Positions 1-9,452 of a DNA stretch of 64,000 nt are shown piece after piece; the stretch's first letter is position 1, and each line of letters begins with the position of its first letter. The DNA comes from an uncultured Clostridia bacterium (GTDB lineage Bacteria; Bacillota; Clostridia; TANB77; CAG-508), in assembly GCA_944386135.1 (NCBI GenBank), contig CALWZW010000002.1, forward strand, positions 31,926 to 95,925. Direction: 5' to 3'. The notes below the pieces were generated by a model. The model was not told where the DNA came from. It was given only the letters and a program-made list of their open reading frames with translations, and did not search any database. The position numbers were made by a program, and so were the translations under genes.

Positions 1-347
1 AAAGTCCATGAAAAAACAAACTCTTGCTTGAAAATTAAGGACAAAGTTGAATCATATAACAATTTTGATGCAACAAGAAGCATCGAAATACTGATAAATA
101 GCGAAAAAATATATTCTGCCTTTCCATGTCCAAAGTTATGAGTATCATCACTTGGTTCACTTGCAATCTTATTACCTATAAAAGTCATAAGTGAAGCAAA
201 GATATCTCCTGCGCTATTTGCAGCATCTGCAATCATTGCTTGAGAGCCACTTATTGCTCCACCAATGGCTTTAATCATTAATAAGAATACATTACCAGTA
301 ATTCCTAAAATACTAGCCTTTTTTGTATTATTAAATCTTTCATTCAT
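1..347 (-). CDS. cation diffusion facilitator (CDF) family metal efflux transporter, N-terminal part (gene runs off the window start)
   Basis: Minus-strand translation from the ATG at 345-347 (GAGGT RBS upstream) reads MNERFNNTKKASILGITGNVFLLMIKAIGGAISGSQAMIADAANSAGDIF...HNFGHGKAEY. This is CDF TM1-3 signature-like. It is absent from the ORF track because it is truncated. Confidence 0.55.
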   Translation of the reverse strand, partial: MNERFNNTKKASILGITGNVFLLMIKAIGGAISGSQAMIADAANSAGDIFASLMTFIGNKIASEPSDDTHNFGHGKAEYIFSLFISISMLLVASKLLYDSTLSLIFKQEFVFSWT

Positions 348-487
348 ATATAAAACCTCAATTAAAATAAATTTATTGTCATAAAAATGTTCCTATGTAT
401 CACGAATTGAGACAAAAGCAATAAATAAATTAAGTAAAGAATTCCAAGAATAAGTTTTATTAATTAATAGGTCATAGCACACTATAA

Positions 488-949
488 CTATGGCCTATTA
501 ATAGCTGACTCTTTTAATGTTTTATCTAATTCTGGAAACTTCTTCTTAAGTATTATTGGCTTACTTTTTTCATCAACAAAACAATGTTCTGATATTCCTT
601 TTAGGACTAATCTTCCAGTCTTATTATTGGTCATTACATATTCCAAAACAAGCCTTACACCTTTAAATTCTTTTACATTAGTTTCAATTAGTATTTCATC
701 ACTAAACTTTGTGCTTTCCTTATATTCACAGTTTATCCCTATGACAGGAGCGATAATTCCGTCACTTTCTAATTTGGCATAGCTAAATCCTATCTTTTCT
801 AAGAAATCAACTCTAGCTTCTTCCATCCACCTAATATAGTTTGAATGATGTGTTATTCCCATCTTATCTGTTTCATAATATTGAACTTTATGTATATATC
901 CTTTCATTTTCTCCTCCTTATTTTCATATAATATCACATTTTTAAGCAA
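488..949 (-). CDS. acyl-CoA thioesterase, hotdog-fold (4HBT/YbgC-like)
   Basis: 153 aa with YETDKMGITHHSNYIRWMEEAR..APVIGINCEYK, typical of 4HBT thioesterases. Confidence 0.6.
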   Translation of the reverse strand: MLKNVILYENKEEKMKGYIHKVQYYETDKMGITHHSNYIRWMEEARVDFLEKIGFSYAKLESDGIIAPVIGINCEYKESTKFSDEILIETNVKEFKGVRLVLEYVMTNNKTGRLVLKGISEHCFVDEKSKPIILKKKFPELDKTLKESAINRP

Positions 950-996
950 TATAAAAGCACTTAAATTAATTTTGCTTAAATTTAAGTGCCTTTATG

Positions 997-1569
997 CTAT
1001 ACATTAATTACTGCATCAGTATTTTTATTGTTTGTGATATATGAATAATGTTCTTTTACTTCTTCATTTAAAGCTTCACTATCAACTAAATTTACACCGT
1101 TTCCCATTTTCATTCTAATATCTATTGGAAATATTTCATTTATTGAAGTTTGATAATATGAGCCATCCTTCGGAATTTGATAAGTTACGACAGCGTTATC
1201 TTTTATAATAAATCTATATGGCATAGAGCTCCCACCATTATGTATTAAATTTCCATCTTGGACATAATAACTTTCAATTAATGCCCAGACATATACATAA
1301 GTTTCATCTCCTTTCTTCCTTATTCCAAGTCTTTCAATATCGGTAAATACTTTGAAATCACTAATATTTGTATCCGACTCAGCATTTTTTGTATCAGTAA
1401 AATAATGTGGCTCTTCTAAACTAACAAGATATTCCTCTACTTTGTCATATAATTCATCTTTTCCAAATACTATTCTTTCATTTGCAAGATAATAGAAAAT
1501 CATAATTGAAATTAATATAACAATAAGCAGTACAAGTAACAAAATTGCTTTTTTCATACCATTACTCAT
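997..1569 (-). CDS. hypothetical membrane-anchored protein (N-terminal TM helix)
   Basis: 190 aa ORF with a hydrophobic N-terminus (AILLLVLLIVILISIMIFYYL). No recognisable domain. Confidence 0.4.
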   Translation of the reverse strand: MSNGMKKAILLLVLLIVILISIMIFYYLANERIVFGKDELYDKVEEYLVSLEEPHYFTDTKNAESDTNISDFKVFTDIERLGIRKKGDETYVYVWALIESYYVQDGNLIHNGGSSMPYRFIIKDNAVVTYQIPKDGSYYQTSINEIFPIDIRMKMGNGVNLVDSEALNEEVKEHYSYITNNKNTDAVINV

Positions 1570-1726
1570 AATTTTATACTTCTCCTTTTTGTTTTATTAT
1601 AACATATTAATTTCAAACTTTCCCTAATCTTAATTAAATCTTAATCTTTTATGTCCTAGTAAATATATAACAACTTTTTTATTTTACTTCATATAATATA
1701 GTTATCTAAATTTAAAAGGAGGTTTT

Positions 1727-2788
1727 ATGATTAAGAAATTCGCATATATAATTGGATTAGCAGTTTTTTTAATGCTTTTTTTATCTTCTACATGTTTTGC
1801 CCTTTCTCCCTCTTCTGATACAATTTATGAAGGGATAGATGTAAGTGACTGGCAAGGAAATATAAATTACAGTGAAGTTAAAGCTTCTGGCATTGATATT
1901 GTATACATAAAAGCTAGTCAAGGAACTAATATTACAGACCCATACTTTAAAACAAACTATAATAATGCTAAGATGAATGACCTTAAAGTAGGGCTTTATC
2001 ACTTTCTAACTGCTCGAACTGAAGAAGAAGCGATAGAAGAAGCGGAATATTTTTCTTCTGTAATTTCTGGTACTTCGCCAGACTGTAAACTTGCAATGGA
2101 CTTTGAAAACTTTGGAAATTTAACTAAAGATGAGATAAACAATATATCAACTGCATTTTTAGAAAAAGTTAAAGCTTTGACTAACAAAGATGTCGTAATC
2201 TATAGCGATGCTTCTAATGCAAGAAATATATTTGATTCAAAACTTGCAAATAGTTATCCTTTATGGATTGCAGAATATGATGTATCTTCACCTTCAAGTA
2301 ATGTTAATTGGAACTCTTGGGTTGGTTTTCAATACACTGATACAGGCACTATTTCTGGAATTAGAGGTTTTGTAGATAGAGATAAATTTACTGATGATAT
2401 TCTTTTAGGTTCAAATGATGTTATTACAACTACTCCAAATAATAAAAATAAAATAGAATATTATACTGTAAGAAGCGGAAATACATTAAGTAGAATAGCT
2501 TCTGAATTTGGAACAACTGTTAATGAAATTGCTGGTTTGAATAGTATTAGAAATGTTAATTTGATTTATCCTGGAGAAGTTCTTAAAATAGATGTAACTA
2601 GAAATTTAGATGAGATACAAAGTAATGTATATGAGACAAATCATATTGTATACACTATAAAACGTGGTGATACTTTAACTGCTATTGCCAATAGATTTGG
2701 TATTTCTATCGAAAGTATTGTTAGATTGAATAATATAAAAAATCCTAACCTTATTTATGCAGGAGAAAGACTTAGAATAAATAATTAA
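1727..2788 (+). CDS. secreted GH25 muramidase (lysozyme) with two C-terminal LysM domains
   Basis: Signal peptide. GIDVSDWQGNINY..VYIKASQG..GLYHF is the GH25 Lyc fold. Two LysM repeats follow (YTVRSGNTLSRIASEFG..., YTIKRGDTLTAIANRFG...). An AGGAGG RBS sits upstream. Confidence 0.8.
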   Translation: MIKKFAYIIGLAVFLMLFLSSTCFALSPSSDTIYEGIDVSDWQGNINYSEVKASGIDIVYIKASQGTNITDPYFKTNYNNAKMNDLKVGLYHFLTARTEEEAIEEAEYFSSVISGTSPDCKLAMDFENFGNLTKDEINNISTAFLEKVKALTNKDVVIYSDASNARNIFDSKLANSYPLWIAEYDVSSPSSNVNWNSWVGFQYTDTGTISGIRGFVDRDKFTDDILLGSNDVITTTPNNKNKIEYYTVRSGNTLSRIASEFGTTVNEIAGLNSIRNVNLIYPGEVLKIDVTRNLDEIQSNVYETNHIVYTIKRGDTLTAIANRFGISIESIVRLNNIKNPNLIYAGERLRINN

Positions 2789-2799
2789 TTAATCAAAAA

Positions 2800-2965
2800 G
2801 TAGAAAAATGGCACAATATTTCCGCCTACCTTTTGGAGTAATATTTATAATTTTATCGTTCTTTGCTGGCTTCGCCACTCGCCTAGGGTCTCTCCCACTC
2901 GGGGAGCCTCCCTGCGCAGAACTTCTAAAATTAGAAATATTACTCCAAAACGGCTAGGTTGTGCT
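2800..2965. repeat. MITE-like palindromic repeat element, copy 1 (about 24 bp terminal inverted repeats TTTTGGAGTAATATTTNTAATTTT around a GC-rich core)
   Basis: About 150 bp that are nearly identical to the reverse complement of 39235-39400. It has internal TIRs and lies in a convergent intergenic region. Confidence 0.7.
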
Positions 2966-3004
2966 TATTTATTGAGTAGAAAAATGACACAAAGTTATAC
3001 TACA

Positions 3005-3170
3005 TTAAAATAAAAAAGAAAAGAAGTTATTTAATTTTAAGGAAGCCCGCGCAGCGAACAACGGAGCTGAAAGCGACGGCGAATGGTGCAGGCTCCTTAT
3101 AAATTTTATTTAGAAGCCTGCACCAGTAAGGGCAACGTAAAAATTCAATAACTTCTTTTCTTTATGCACT
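3005..3170. repeat. palindromic repeat element. The 18 bp inverted repeat AAAAGAAAAGAAGTTATT / AATAACTTCTTTTCTTT flanks a GC-rich core with the GGTGCAGGCT...AGCCTGCACC hairpin.
   Basis: Inverted repeats are seen directly. The right half recurs at 5865-5925. The element is bracketed by a GTAGAAAAATGACACAAA inverted repeat at 2977-2994 and 3177-3195. Confidence 0.6.
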
Positions 3171-3203
3171 ACATAAGATTTGTGTCATTTTTCTTACAAT
3201 ATT

Positions 3204-4448
3204 CTAACTCTTTTTTCTTCTTATAATCCAATTTTTCTCACACTTGATAGGTAAATGCATTTTTACCAACTGTCCTTTTCTTCCAGGACTTATGCTCTCT
3301 ATTTCTCTATCATTCTCTGCATCCCATAATCTATCTATTTTAAATTTAAACACATCAATAGTTCCTGGAATTATAATCTCTAAAGTATCTCCAACAAATA
3401 ACTTATTCTTTATCTCGATAATAGATTTATCACTATCGTATTCTAGTATTTTTCCTCCAAACTCATAATCTGGATTATATTGTTTTCCTTCAAACTCTTG
3501 GAAATCTTTATTATTCCTATCATTAAAATAAAATGTAGTTAAGCTTCTTGTTTTAACTTTATCTATCTCAGTTAAATATCTTGTATAATCATATTTTTCT
3601 GGATCTTTTATATAATCATCAATTGCATTTCTATATGCGTTTACTATACTTGCTAAATAGTATTCTGTCTTAAGTCTTCCTTCTATTTTAAGACTATCTA
3701 CTCCCATTTCTATTATATCTGGTATTTCTTTTACAAGGCATAAATCTTTTGATGAAAATATATAGGTTCCCTTTTCATCATATTCAATAGGCATCAAGTT
3801 TCCTGGATTATTTTTTTCTTCTGCATATACATTATATGCCCACCTACAACTTTGAGCACAATCCCCTAAATTTGCACTTCTTGAAGCTAAAAAATCACTT
3901 AAGAAGCATCTTCCTGAATATCCAAAGCACAATGCTCCATGAACAAAAATCTCTGTCTCGAGACCCATAGGAGTACCATTTATTATATCTTTTATCTGCT
4001 CTTTATTTAATTCTCTAGAAAGAATAACCCTCTTTGCACCATTTTTGTACCAAAACATTGCTGAATGAGCAGATACTACATTTGCTTGTGTACTAATATG
4101 TATATCTACATCAGGAGCTTCTTCTTTTATAACTTCTAAAACTCCTCCATCAGATAAAATAATTCCATCTACTTTAAGTTTGTTTAACATTCTTGCTTGT
4201 TTTTTTATTTCTTCATAATTTTCGTCTAATGCATATATATTTATTGCCGCATATACCTTTTTTCCAATTTCATGTGCATAGATAATAGTTTTTTCTAAAT
4301 CATCATCGTCAACTTCTGCTCTACTTCTTAAAGATAAAGAAGCGGTTCCGCAATATACAGCATCTGCTCCATAAAGAAATGCTATTTTTGCTTTTTCAAA
4401 TGAACCTGCTGGTGCAAGTAATTCTGGTTTTCTCATATATAATCTCAT
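3204..4448 (-). CDS. peptidase U32 family protein (PrtC/YrrN-YrrO-like; likely tRNA hydroxylation related)
   Basis: 414 aa. PELLAPAGSFEKAKIAFLYGADAVYCG...IYALDENYEE carries the U32 signature. Confidence 0.8.
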   Translation of the reverse strand: MRLYMRKPELLAPAGSFEKAKIAFLYGADAVYCGTASLSLRSRAEVDDDDLEKTIIYAHEIGKKVYAAINIYALDENYEEIKKQARMLNKLKVDGIILSDGGVLEVIKEEAPDVDIHISTQANVVSAHSAMFWYKNGAKRVILSRELNKEQIKDIINGTPMGLETEIFVHGALCFGYSGRCFLSDFLASRSANLGDCAQSCRWAYNVYAEEKNNPGNLMPIEYDEKGTYIFSSKDLCLVKEIPDIIEMGVDSLKIEGRLKTEYYLASIVNAYRNAIDDYIKDPEKYDYTRYLTEIDKVKTRSLTTFYFNDRNNKDFQEFEGKQYNPDYEFGGKILEYDSDKSIIEIKNKLFVGDTLEIIIPGTIDVFKFKIDRLWDAENDREIESISPGRKGQLVKMHLPIKCEKNWIIRRKKS

Positions 4449-4679
4449 TCCTTCCTAAAGGCACAAATCTGGTTGGAAAAGTTTTCAACCTTATCTCCTT
4501 TTTATTTGCAATTTATTCTAAATATTATATAATATTAGATACTAAAATTCAATAGTTGTATTTCTAAGGATTTCCAATAAGTTTTTAATTAAATATTAAG
4601 AATTAAGTCTCTTTACTTTTCTTTTAATTTCTGGTATGATTTTATAGTATCTATAATTTTAAATATACTTAATTAGAAA

Positions 4680-5231
4680 GTGATGGTTATGAATATATCA
4701 AAAAATATAACAAAATTTCAAAAACTCGCTATTTACTTTTTCATATATGCTTTTTTAGGCTGGATAGGTGAAGAAATATATTGTATAATTGCTACTCATG
4801 AATTTGTAAATAGGGGATTTTTATTCGGCCCAATCTGCCCTATATATGGATATGGAGCTCTTATTTTGATACTATGTTTTGGAAACTATAAAAAGAAACC
4901 TGTAAAACTATTTTTGTTATCTGCAGTTGTTTTCAGTGTTTTTGAGTATATAACAGATTTCTTTTTACAAGCTCTATTTGCTACTAGATGGTGGGATTAT
5001 ACAGGATATTTCTTAAATATAAATGGAAGAATAACATTAAGTTTCAGTATTCTTTGGGGATTTGCTAGTTTAATAATCATAAAAATAGTTCATCCTTTTG
5101 TAACAAAAGTAGTTGGAAAAATTTTAGTAAAAATACCTTTTAAACTCCAACATATTATTGTAGATAGTTTACTTATAATTTTAGTATTAGATACTTTAAT
5201 ATCTTCAATTATGTATTTAGAAATATTTTAA
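4680..5231 (+). CDS. polytopic membrane protein (DUF1113 / putative ABC-transporter type IV family)
   Basis: 183 aa, multi-TM. YAFLGWIGEEIY is the motif of this conserved clostridial family. Confidence 0.5.
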   Translation: MMVMNISKNITKFQKLAIYFFIYAFLGWIGEEIYCIIATHEFVNRGFLFGPICPIYGYGALILILCFGNYKKKPVKLFLLSAVVFSVFEYITDFFLQALFATRWWDYTGYFLNINGRITLSFSILWGFASLIIIKIVHPFVTKVVGKILVKIPFKLQHIIVDSLLIILVLDTLISSIMYLEIF

Positions 5232-5233
5232 AA

Positions 5234-5818
5234 TTATATTACTTTACTTATGATAAGTCCATCCCCAATTTCTAAAATTTCTGTTTCAAGTCTCGGGTCA
5301 TCTGAGGCTTCTTTTATATATTCTCTTAAGTTTCTAACTGCTGTTCTTTGCTTATGTTTATTATAATCGCTCATAACATATCCTTTATACAAAATATTAT
5401 CAGCCACAATAATAGAGCCTTTTTTAGACATTCTTAAGGCTTCATTTAAAAAAAATGGATATTTGCCTTTTGCTGCATCGATAAAAATCATGTCATATTT
5501 CTTATCTAAAGTAGGCAAAATTTCTACTGCATCTCCTATTAATACATTTATTTTTTCTTCTAAGCCTAAACTTTTGATATTTTCTATTGCTTCTTTTGCT
5601 CTTTCTTCATCTCTTTCAATTGTATCAATTGTTCCTTTTTTTGATAAAAATTTTGAAAAACATATAGAAGAGTATCCAACAGCAGTACCAATTTCTAAGA
5701 TATTATCTTTATTTGAATTCAAAAATATTTTATTCAAATATTCTAATGTATCATCCATTATAATTGGTATATGTTCTTCTATAGCTTTTTTCTTTATTTC
5801 TTGAAACTTTACTTCATC
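5234..5818 (-). CDS. class I SAM-dependent O-methyltransferase (family 3, YrrM/TrmR-like)
   Basis: ILEIGTAVGYSS..IDTIERDEE..YDMIFIDAAKGKY. The start is probably the second ATG at 5818, because the first ATG at 5845 overlaps the AAAGGA RBS. Confidence 0.75.
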   Translation of the reverse strand, partial: DEVKFQEIKKKAIEEHIPIIMDDTLEYLNKIFLNSNKDNILEIGTAVGYSSICFSKFLSKKGTIDTIERDEERAKEAIENIKSLGLEEKINVLIGDAVEILPTLDKKYDMIFIDAAKGKYPFFLNEALRMSKKGSIIVADNILYKGYVMSDYNKHKQRTAVRNLREYIKEASDDPRLETEILEIGDGLIISKVI

Positions 5819-5864
5819 CATATATAGTATTCCTTTCAAAATCAATTTCTAATAAAGTTACTAT

Positions 5865-5925
5865 TATACAAAGTGGTGCAGGCTTCTGATAAACTTACTT
5901 TGAAGCCTGCACCAATAATGGCAAT
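5865..5925. repeat. hairpin repeat GGTGCAGGCTTC-N15-GAAGCCTGCACC followed by AATAACTTCTTTTCTTTAT (copy of the right half of the 3005-3170 element)
   Basis: Perfect 12 bp stem. Shared with 3078-3165. Confidence 0.65.
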
Positions 5926-5959
5926 AATAAAATTAAATAACTTCTTTTCTTTATTCTAA

Positions 5960-7774
5960 CTACTTACTTCTGTTTGCACGTTCACGCTCTTTGCTATCAA
6001 GAATTTTCTTTCTTAAACGTATATTTTGAGGTGTAACTTCAACTAATTCATCGTCTTGGATAAACTCTATTGCTTTTTCTAATGACATTTGAATTGGTGG
6101 AACTAAATGTAAAGCATCATCAGAACCAGAGGCTCTAGTATTTGTCAAATGTTTTTCTTTACATACATTAATTGCCAAATCTTCACTTCTAGAATTCAAT
6201 CCAACTATCATACCTTCATAAACTTCAGTTCCTGGTCCTATGAATAAATCTCCTTTATCTTGAGCATTATATAATCCATAAGTTACAGCTTTTCCAGCTT
6301 CAAATGCTACAATAGTTCCTCTTGACCTTGATGATATATCACCTTTATATGGCTCATAAGAATCAAAAATATGATTCATTGTTCCATTTCCCTTAGTATC
6401 TGTCATAAACTCTGAGCGATATCCAATTAAGCCTCTTGCAGGAATTTTAAATTCTATTTTAGTATGACCATCTTCTGCTGGTTCCATATTTGTCATTTCT
6501 GCTTTTCTCTTTCCTAATTTTTCAATAACATTTCCAACAAATTCGTCTGGAACATTTACAACAAGTCTTTCTATTGGTTCGCATTTTACTCCATTTATTT
6601 CTTTTATAATAACTTTTGGGCGAGAAACTAAAAGCTCAAATCCTTCTCTTCTCATTGTTTCAATTAACACTGATAAATGTAATTCCCCTCGACCAGCTAC
6701 TTCAAAAGAATCTGGTTGTGCTGTTTCTTTAACACGTAAACTTACATTTCTTTCAAGTTCTTTGAATAATCTATCTCTTATATGTCTAGAGGTAACAAAT
6801 TCTCCTTCGCGACCAGCAAAGGGTCCGTTATTAACACTAAATGTCATTGTTACTGTAGGCTCATCAATATCTACAAAGTCAATTTTTTCAACATGTTCTG
6901 GGTCACATATTGTTTCTCCAATATTAATATCAGCTATACCTGAAAATTCTATAATATCTCCTGCTTTTGCTTCTTCAACCTCAACTTTATCTAAGCCTCT
7001 ATGTGTATATACTTTAGCAATTTTTCCATTTGCAACTTTTCCGTCTTTTTTGCAAACTGCAACATTCATTCCAGGTCTCAAGGCTCCTCTTTCTAATCTA
7101 CCTACTGCAATTCTTCCAACATAGTCATCATAATCAATATTTGAAACTAACATTTGAGTTGGTCCATCTTCATCACAATCTGGTGGAGTTATTGTATTAA
7201 TTATTGTTTTGAATAAGCAATCCATTCCTCCATCTTTATCATTCATGTTAAGCTTTGCTATACCAAGTTTTGCAGAAGTATAAACAACTGGGAAATCTAA
7301 TTGTTCATCATTTGCATTTAGCTCAATAAATAGTTCTAATACTTCATCAACAACTTTGGCTGGATTAGAACCTGGTCTATCTATTTTATTGATTACTACT
7401 ATTGGCTTTAAATTTAAAGCTAATGATTTTTTTAGTACCTCTCTTGTTTGAGGCATAGCTCCTTCAAATGCATCAACAAGTAATAGCACTCCGTCAACCG
7501 TTTTTAAAACTCTTTCAACTTCTCCTCCAAAGTCTGCATGTCCAGGAGTATCAACTATATTTATCTTAACACCATCATACATTACAGATGTATTTTTAGC
7601 AAGAATGGTTATTCCTCTTTCTTTCTCTATATCGTTTGAGTCCATAACTCTTTCTGCAACTTGCTCATTTTCTCTAAAAATATGGCTTTGTTTTAAAAGT
7701 TCATCCACAAGTGTTGTTTTTCCATGGTCTACGTGTGCAATTATTGCTATATTTCTAATATTTTTGTTGTTCAT
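5960..7774 (-). CDS. typA: translational GTPase TypA/BipA
   Basis: 604 aa. IAIIAHVDHGKTTLVD G1 motif and EF-G-like domain order. Confidence 0.92.
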   Translation of the reverse strand: MNNKNIRNIAIIAHVDHGKTTLVDELLKQSHIFRENEQVAERVMDSNDIEKERGITILAKNTSVMYDGVKINIVDTPGHADFGGEVERVLKTVDGVLLLVDAFEGAMPQTREVLKKSLALNLKPIVVINKIDRPGSNPAKVVDEVLELFIELNANDEQLDFPVVYTSAKLGIAKLNMNDKDGGMDCLFKTIINTITPPDCDEDGPTQMLVSNIDYDDYVGRIAVGRLERGALRPGMNVAVCKKDGKVANGKIAKVYTHRGLDKVEVEEAKAGDIIEFSGIADINIGETICDPEHVEKIDFVDIDEPTVTMTFSVNNGPFAGREGEFVTSRHIRDRLFKELERNVSLRVKETAQPDSFEVAGRGELHLSVLIETMRREGFELLVSRPKVIIKEINGVKCEPIERLVVNVPDEFVGNVIEKLGKRKAEMTNMEPAEDGHTKIEFKIPARGLIGYRSEFMTDTKGNGTMNHIFDSYEPYKGDISSRSRGTIVAFEAGKAVTYGLYNAQDKGDLFIGPGTEVYEGMIVGLNSRSEDLAINVCKEKHLTNTRASGSDDALHLVPPIQMSLEKAIEFIQDDELVEVTPQNIRLRKKILDSKERERANRSK

Positions 7775-7845
7775 ATTTTATTTCATTCCCTTCTTAAATT
7801 GTATAGCTACGATATATCTATTTTTCACTAACTATTTATTATATC

Positions 7846-8442
7846 CTAAATTTCTTCATTTGTCAATCTAATCATCTCGTCCATAACTTGCTTACTTAAG
7901 CTGTCCAAGGTTTCTTTATCACTTTTCTTATCTTTGTACTCGCTAAAATCCATAGGTTTACCTATATTTATTTTAACTTTTGTAAAAGGTCTGTATTTAG
8001 TTTTAGATTGTATTCCTATTGGAATTATTGGTGTTCCAGACATCAAGCTCATAAGTACTGCACCATTTTGTATTTTTCTATTCTTTTTTATACCATTTCT
8101 TGTACCTTCTGCAAAAATTAAAACAATATGATTATCTTTTAAAACTTTCACACTATCTTTCAAAAGCTTTAAGTCCTGTTTTCCTCTTCTTACAGGCAAA
8201 GCATGTACTTTTACAGCAAGCCATTTTATAAAACCATTTATGAACATTTCCTCTTTAGCTAAAACATATATGTCATTTCTTTTAAGTGCTGCAATTATTG
8301 TTGGTGGATCCCAGTTACTTATATGATTTGGGCATAATATATAAGGCTTATCCTTTTCTATATTTTCTTGTCCAACTACTTTTACTCTATACAATAATAA
8401 TGTTGTAATCCTCAAAACAAATTTAATTATACTTCTAATCAT
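7846..8442 (-). CDS. plsC: 1-acyl-sn-glycerol-3-phosphate acyltransferase
   Basis: NHISNWD (HX4D) and FAEGTR motifs. Overlaps cmk by 8 bp. Confidence 0.8.
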   Translation of the reverse strand: MIRSIIKFVLRITTLLLYRVKVVGQENIEKDKPYILCPNHISNWDPPTIIAALKRNDIYVLAKEEMFINGFIKWLAVKVHALPVRRGKQDLKLLKDSVKVLKDNHIVLIFAEGTRNGIKKNRKIQNGAVLMSLMSGTPIIPIGIQSKTKYRPFTKVKINIGKPMDFSEYKDKKSDKETLDSLSKQVMDEMIRLTNEEI

Positions 8443-9106
8443 TTTTCTTACCTCGTATTATTTTTTCAATTTTGTCTGCAACTTCTTCAATTGTCATACT
8501 TGTGCTATCTACTGTAATCGCATCATCTGCTTTAATGAAAGGTGCTATTTCTCTTTCTGTTTCGAGTTTATGCCTTTTCTTTATAGAGTCCAAAACTTCT
8601 TCATAACTTTCATTTATTCCTTTTTTTAAGTTTTGATTATATCTTCTTCTTGCTCTCTCTTCTAAAGAACAATCTAAATATATCTTTACGTCAGCATTTG
8701 GAAATACAACTGTTCCAATGTCTCTTCCTTCCATTATTACGTCATTTTTTTCTCCGATTTTTCTTTGAATTGGCGTTAATTTATCTCTTACAATTTTTAG
8801 GGCTGCAAAAACAGCAACTAAATTATCTACTTCTGGTGTCCTTATTGCTTTAGAAACATCTTCTCCATTTAAGAATATTCTTTGCTCGCCATCTATATAT
8901 TTTAATTCTATGTTTATATTTTCTAAAACTTCTTTTATTTTTTCTTCATCTTTAGGAGATATGTTTTTTCGTATACATTCAAGTGTAACACTTCTATACA
9001 TAGCTCCTGTATCAATATTTAATAAATTCATTCTTTGTGAAATTATTTTGGTTACTGTGCCTTTTCCCGTTCCGGCAGGTCCATCTATTGCAACTACAAA
9101 TGACAT
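8435..9106 (-). CDS. cmk: cytidylate kinase
   Basis: VAIDGPAGTGKGTV P-loop, LDTGAMYR, and length 223 aa. Confidence 0.9.
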   Translation of the reverse strand: MSFVVAIDGPAGTGKGTVTKIISQRMNLLNIDTGAMYRSVTLECIRKNISPKDEEKIKEVLENINIELKYIDGEQRIFLNGEDVSKAIRTPEVDNLVAVFAALKIVRDKLTPIQRKIGEKNDVIMEGRDIGTVVFPNADVKIYLDCSLEERARRRYNQNLKKGINESYEEVLDSIKKRHKLETEREIAPFIKADDAITVDSTSMTIEEVADKIEKIIRGKKND

Positions 9107-9148
9107 TATTTATACTCCTTTTTATTAGAAAACTGAATAATTTACATT

Positions 9149-9448
9149 TTAATTATTCTTAATCTTTTCAAATTTTTCTGGAACTTCAATAGCTCTAGCA
9201 ACAATTTCTATACTTCTAATATTCATTGCTGTTAGTTTTTCAATTTCCTTTTTACATTTATCTTTAAATTGGTTTAAAGATTCTAGTATATTATATCCAT
9301 ACACAACTACGACTTCAATATATATGCTTGGACCTTCCTCATATTTTGTAAGTCTCATTTTAGCAAGCTTATGTATTCCTGGCGTTTTATATGCTAAATA
9401 CTCAATTATTTGTCTAAAAACCTGATCAGAAATTGTAAAATTTCCCAT
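9149..9448 (-). CDS. Asp23/Gls24-family envelope stress protein
   Basis: 99 aa. GNFTISDQVFRQIIEYLAYKTPGIHKL matches the Asp23 N-terminal pattern. Confidence 0.5.
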   Translation of the reverse strand: MGNFTISDQVFRQIIEYLAYKTPGIHKLAKMRLTKYEEGPSIYIEVVVVYGYNILESLNQFKDKCKKEIEKLTAMNIRSIEIVARAIEVPEKFEKIKNN

Positions 9449-9452
9449 ATAA

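Noticed and set aside
5463-5804. Plus-strand ORFs here and many similar ones (1781-2187, 3244-3468, 6762-7124, 13274-13786, 14408-14863, 25329-25934, 28927-29403, 56598-57384, 57474-57902)
   Set aside because: All lie antisense inside well-supported conserved genes and have Ser/Ile/Phe-rich low-complexity translations. They are not real genes.
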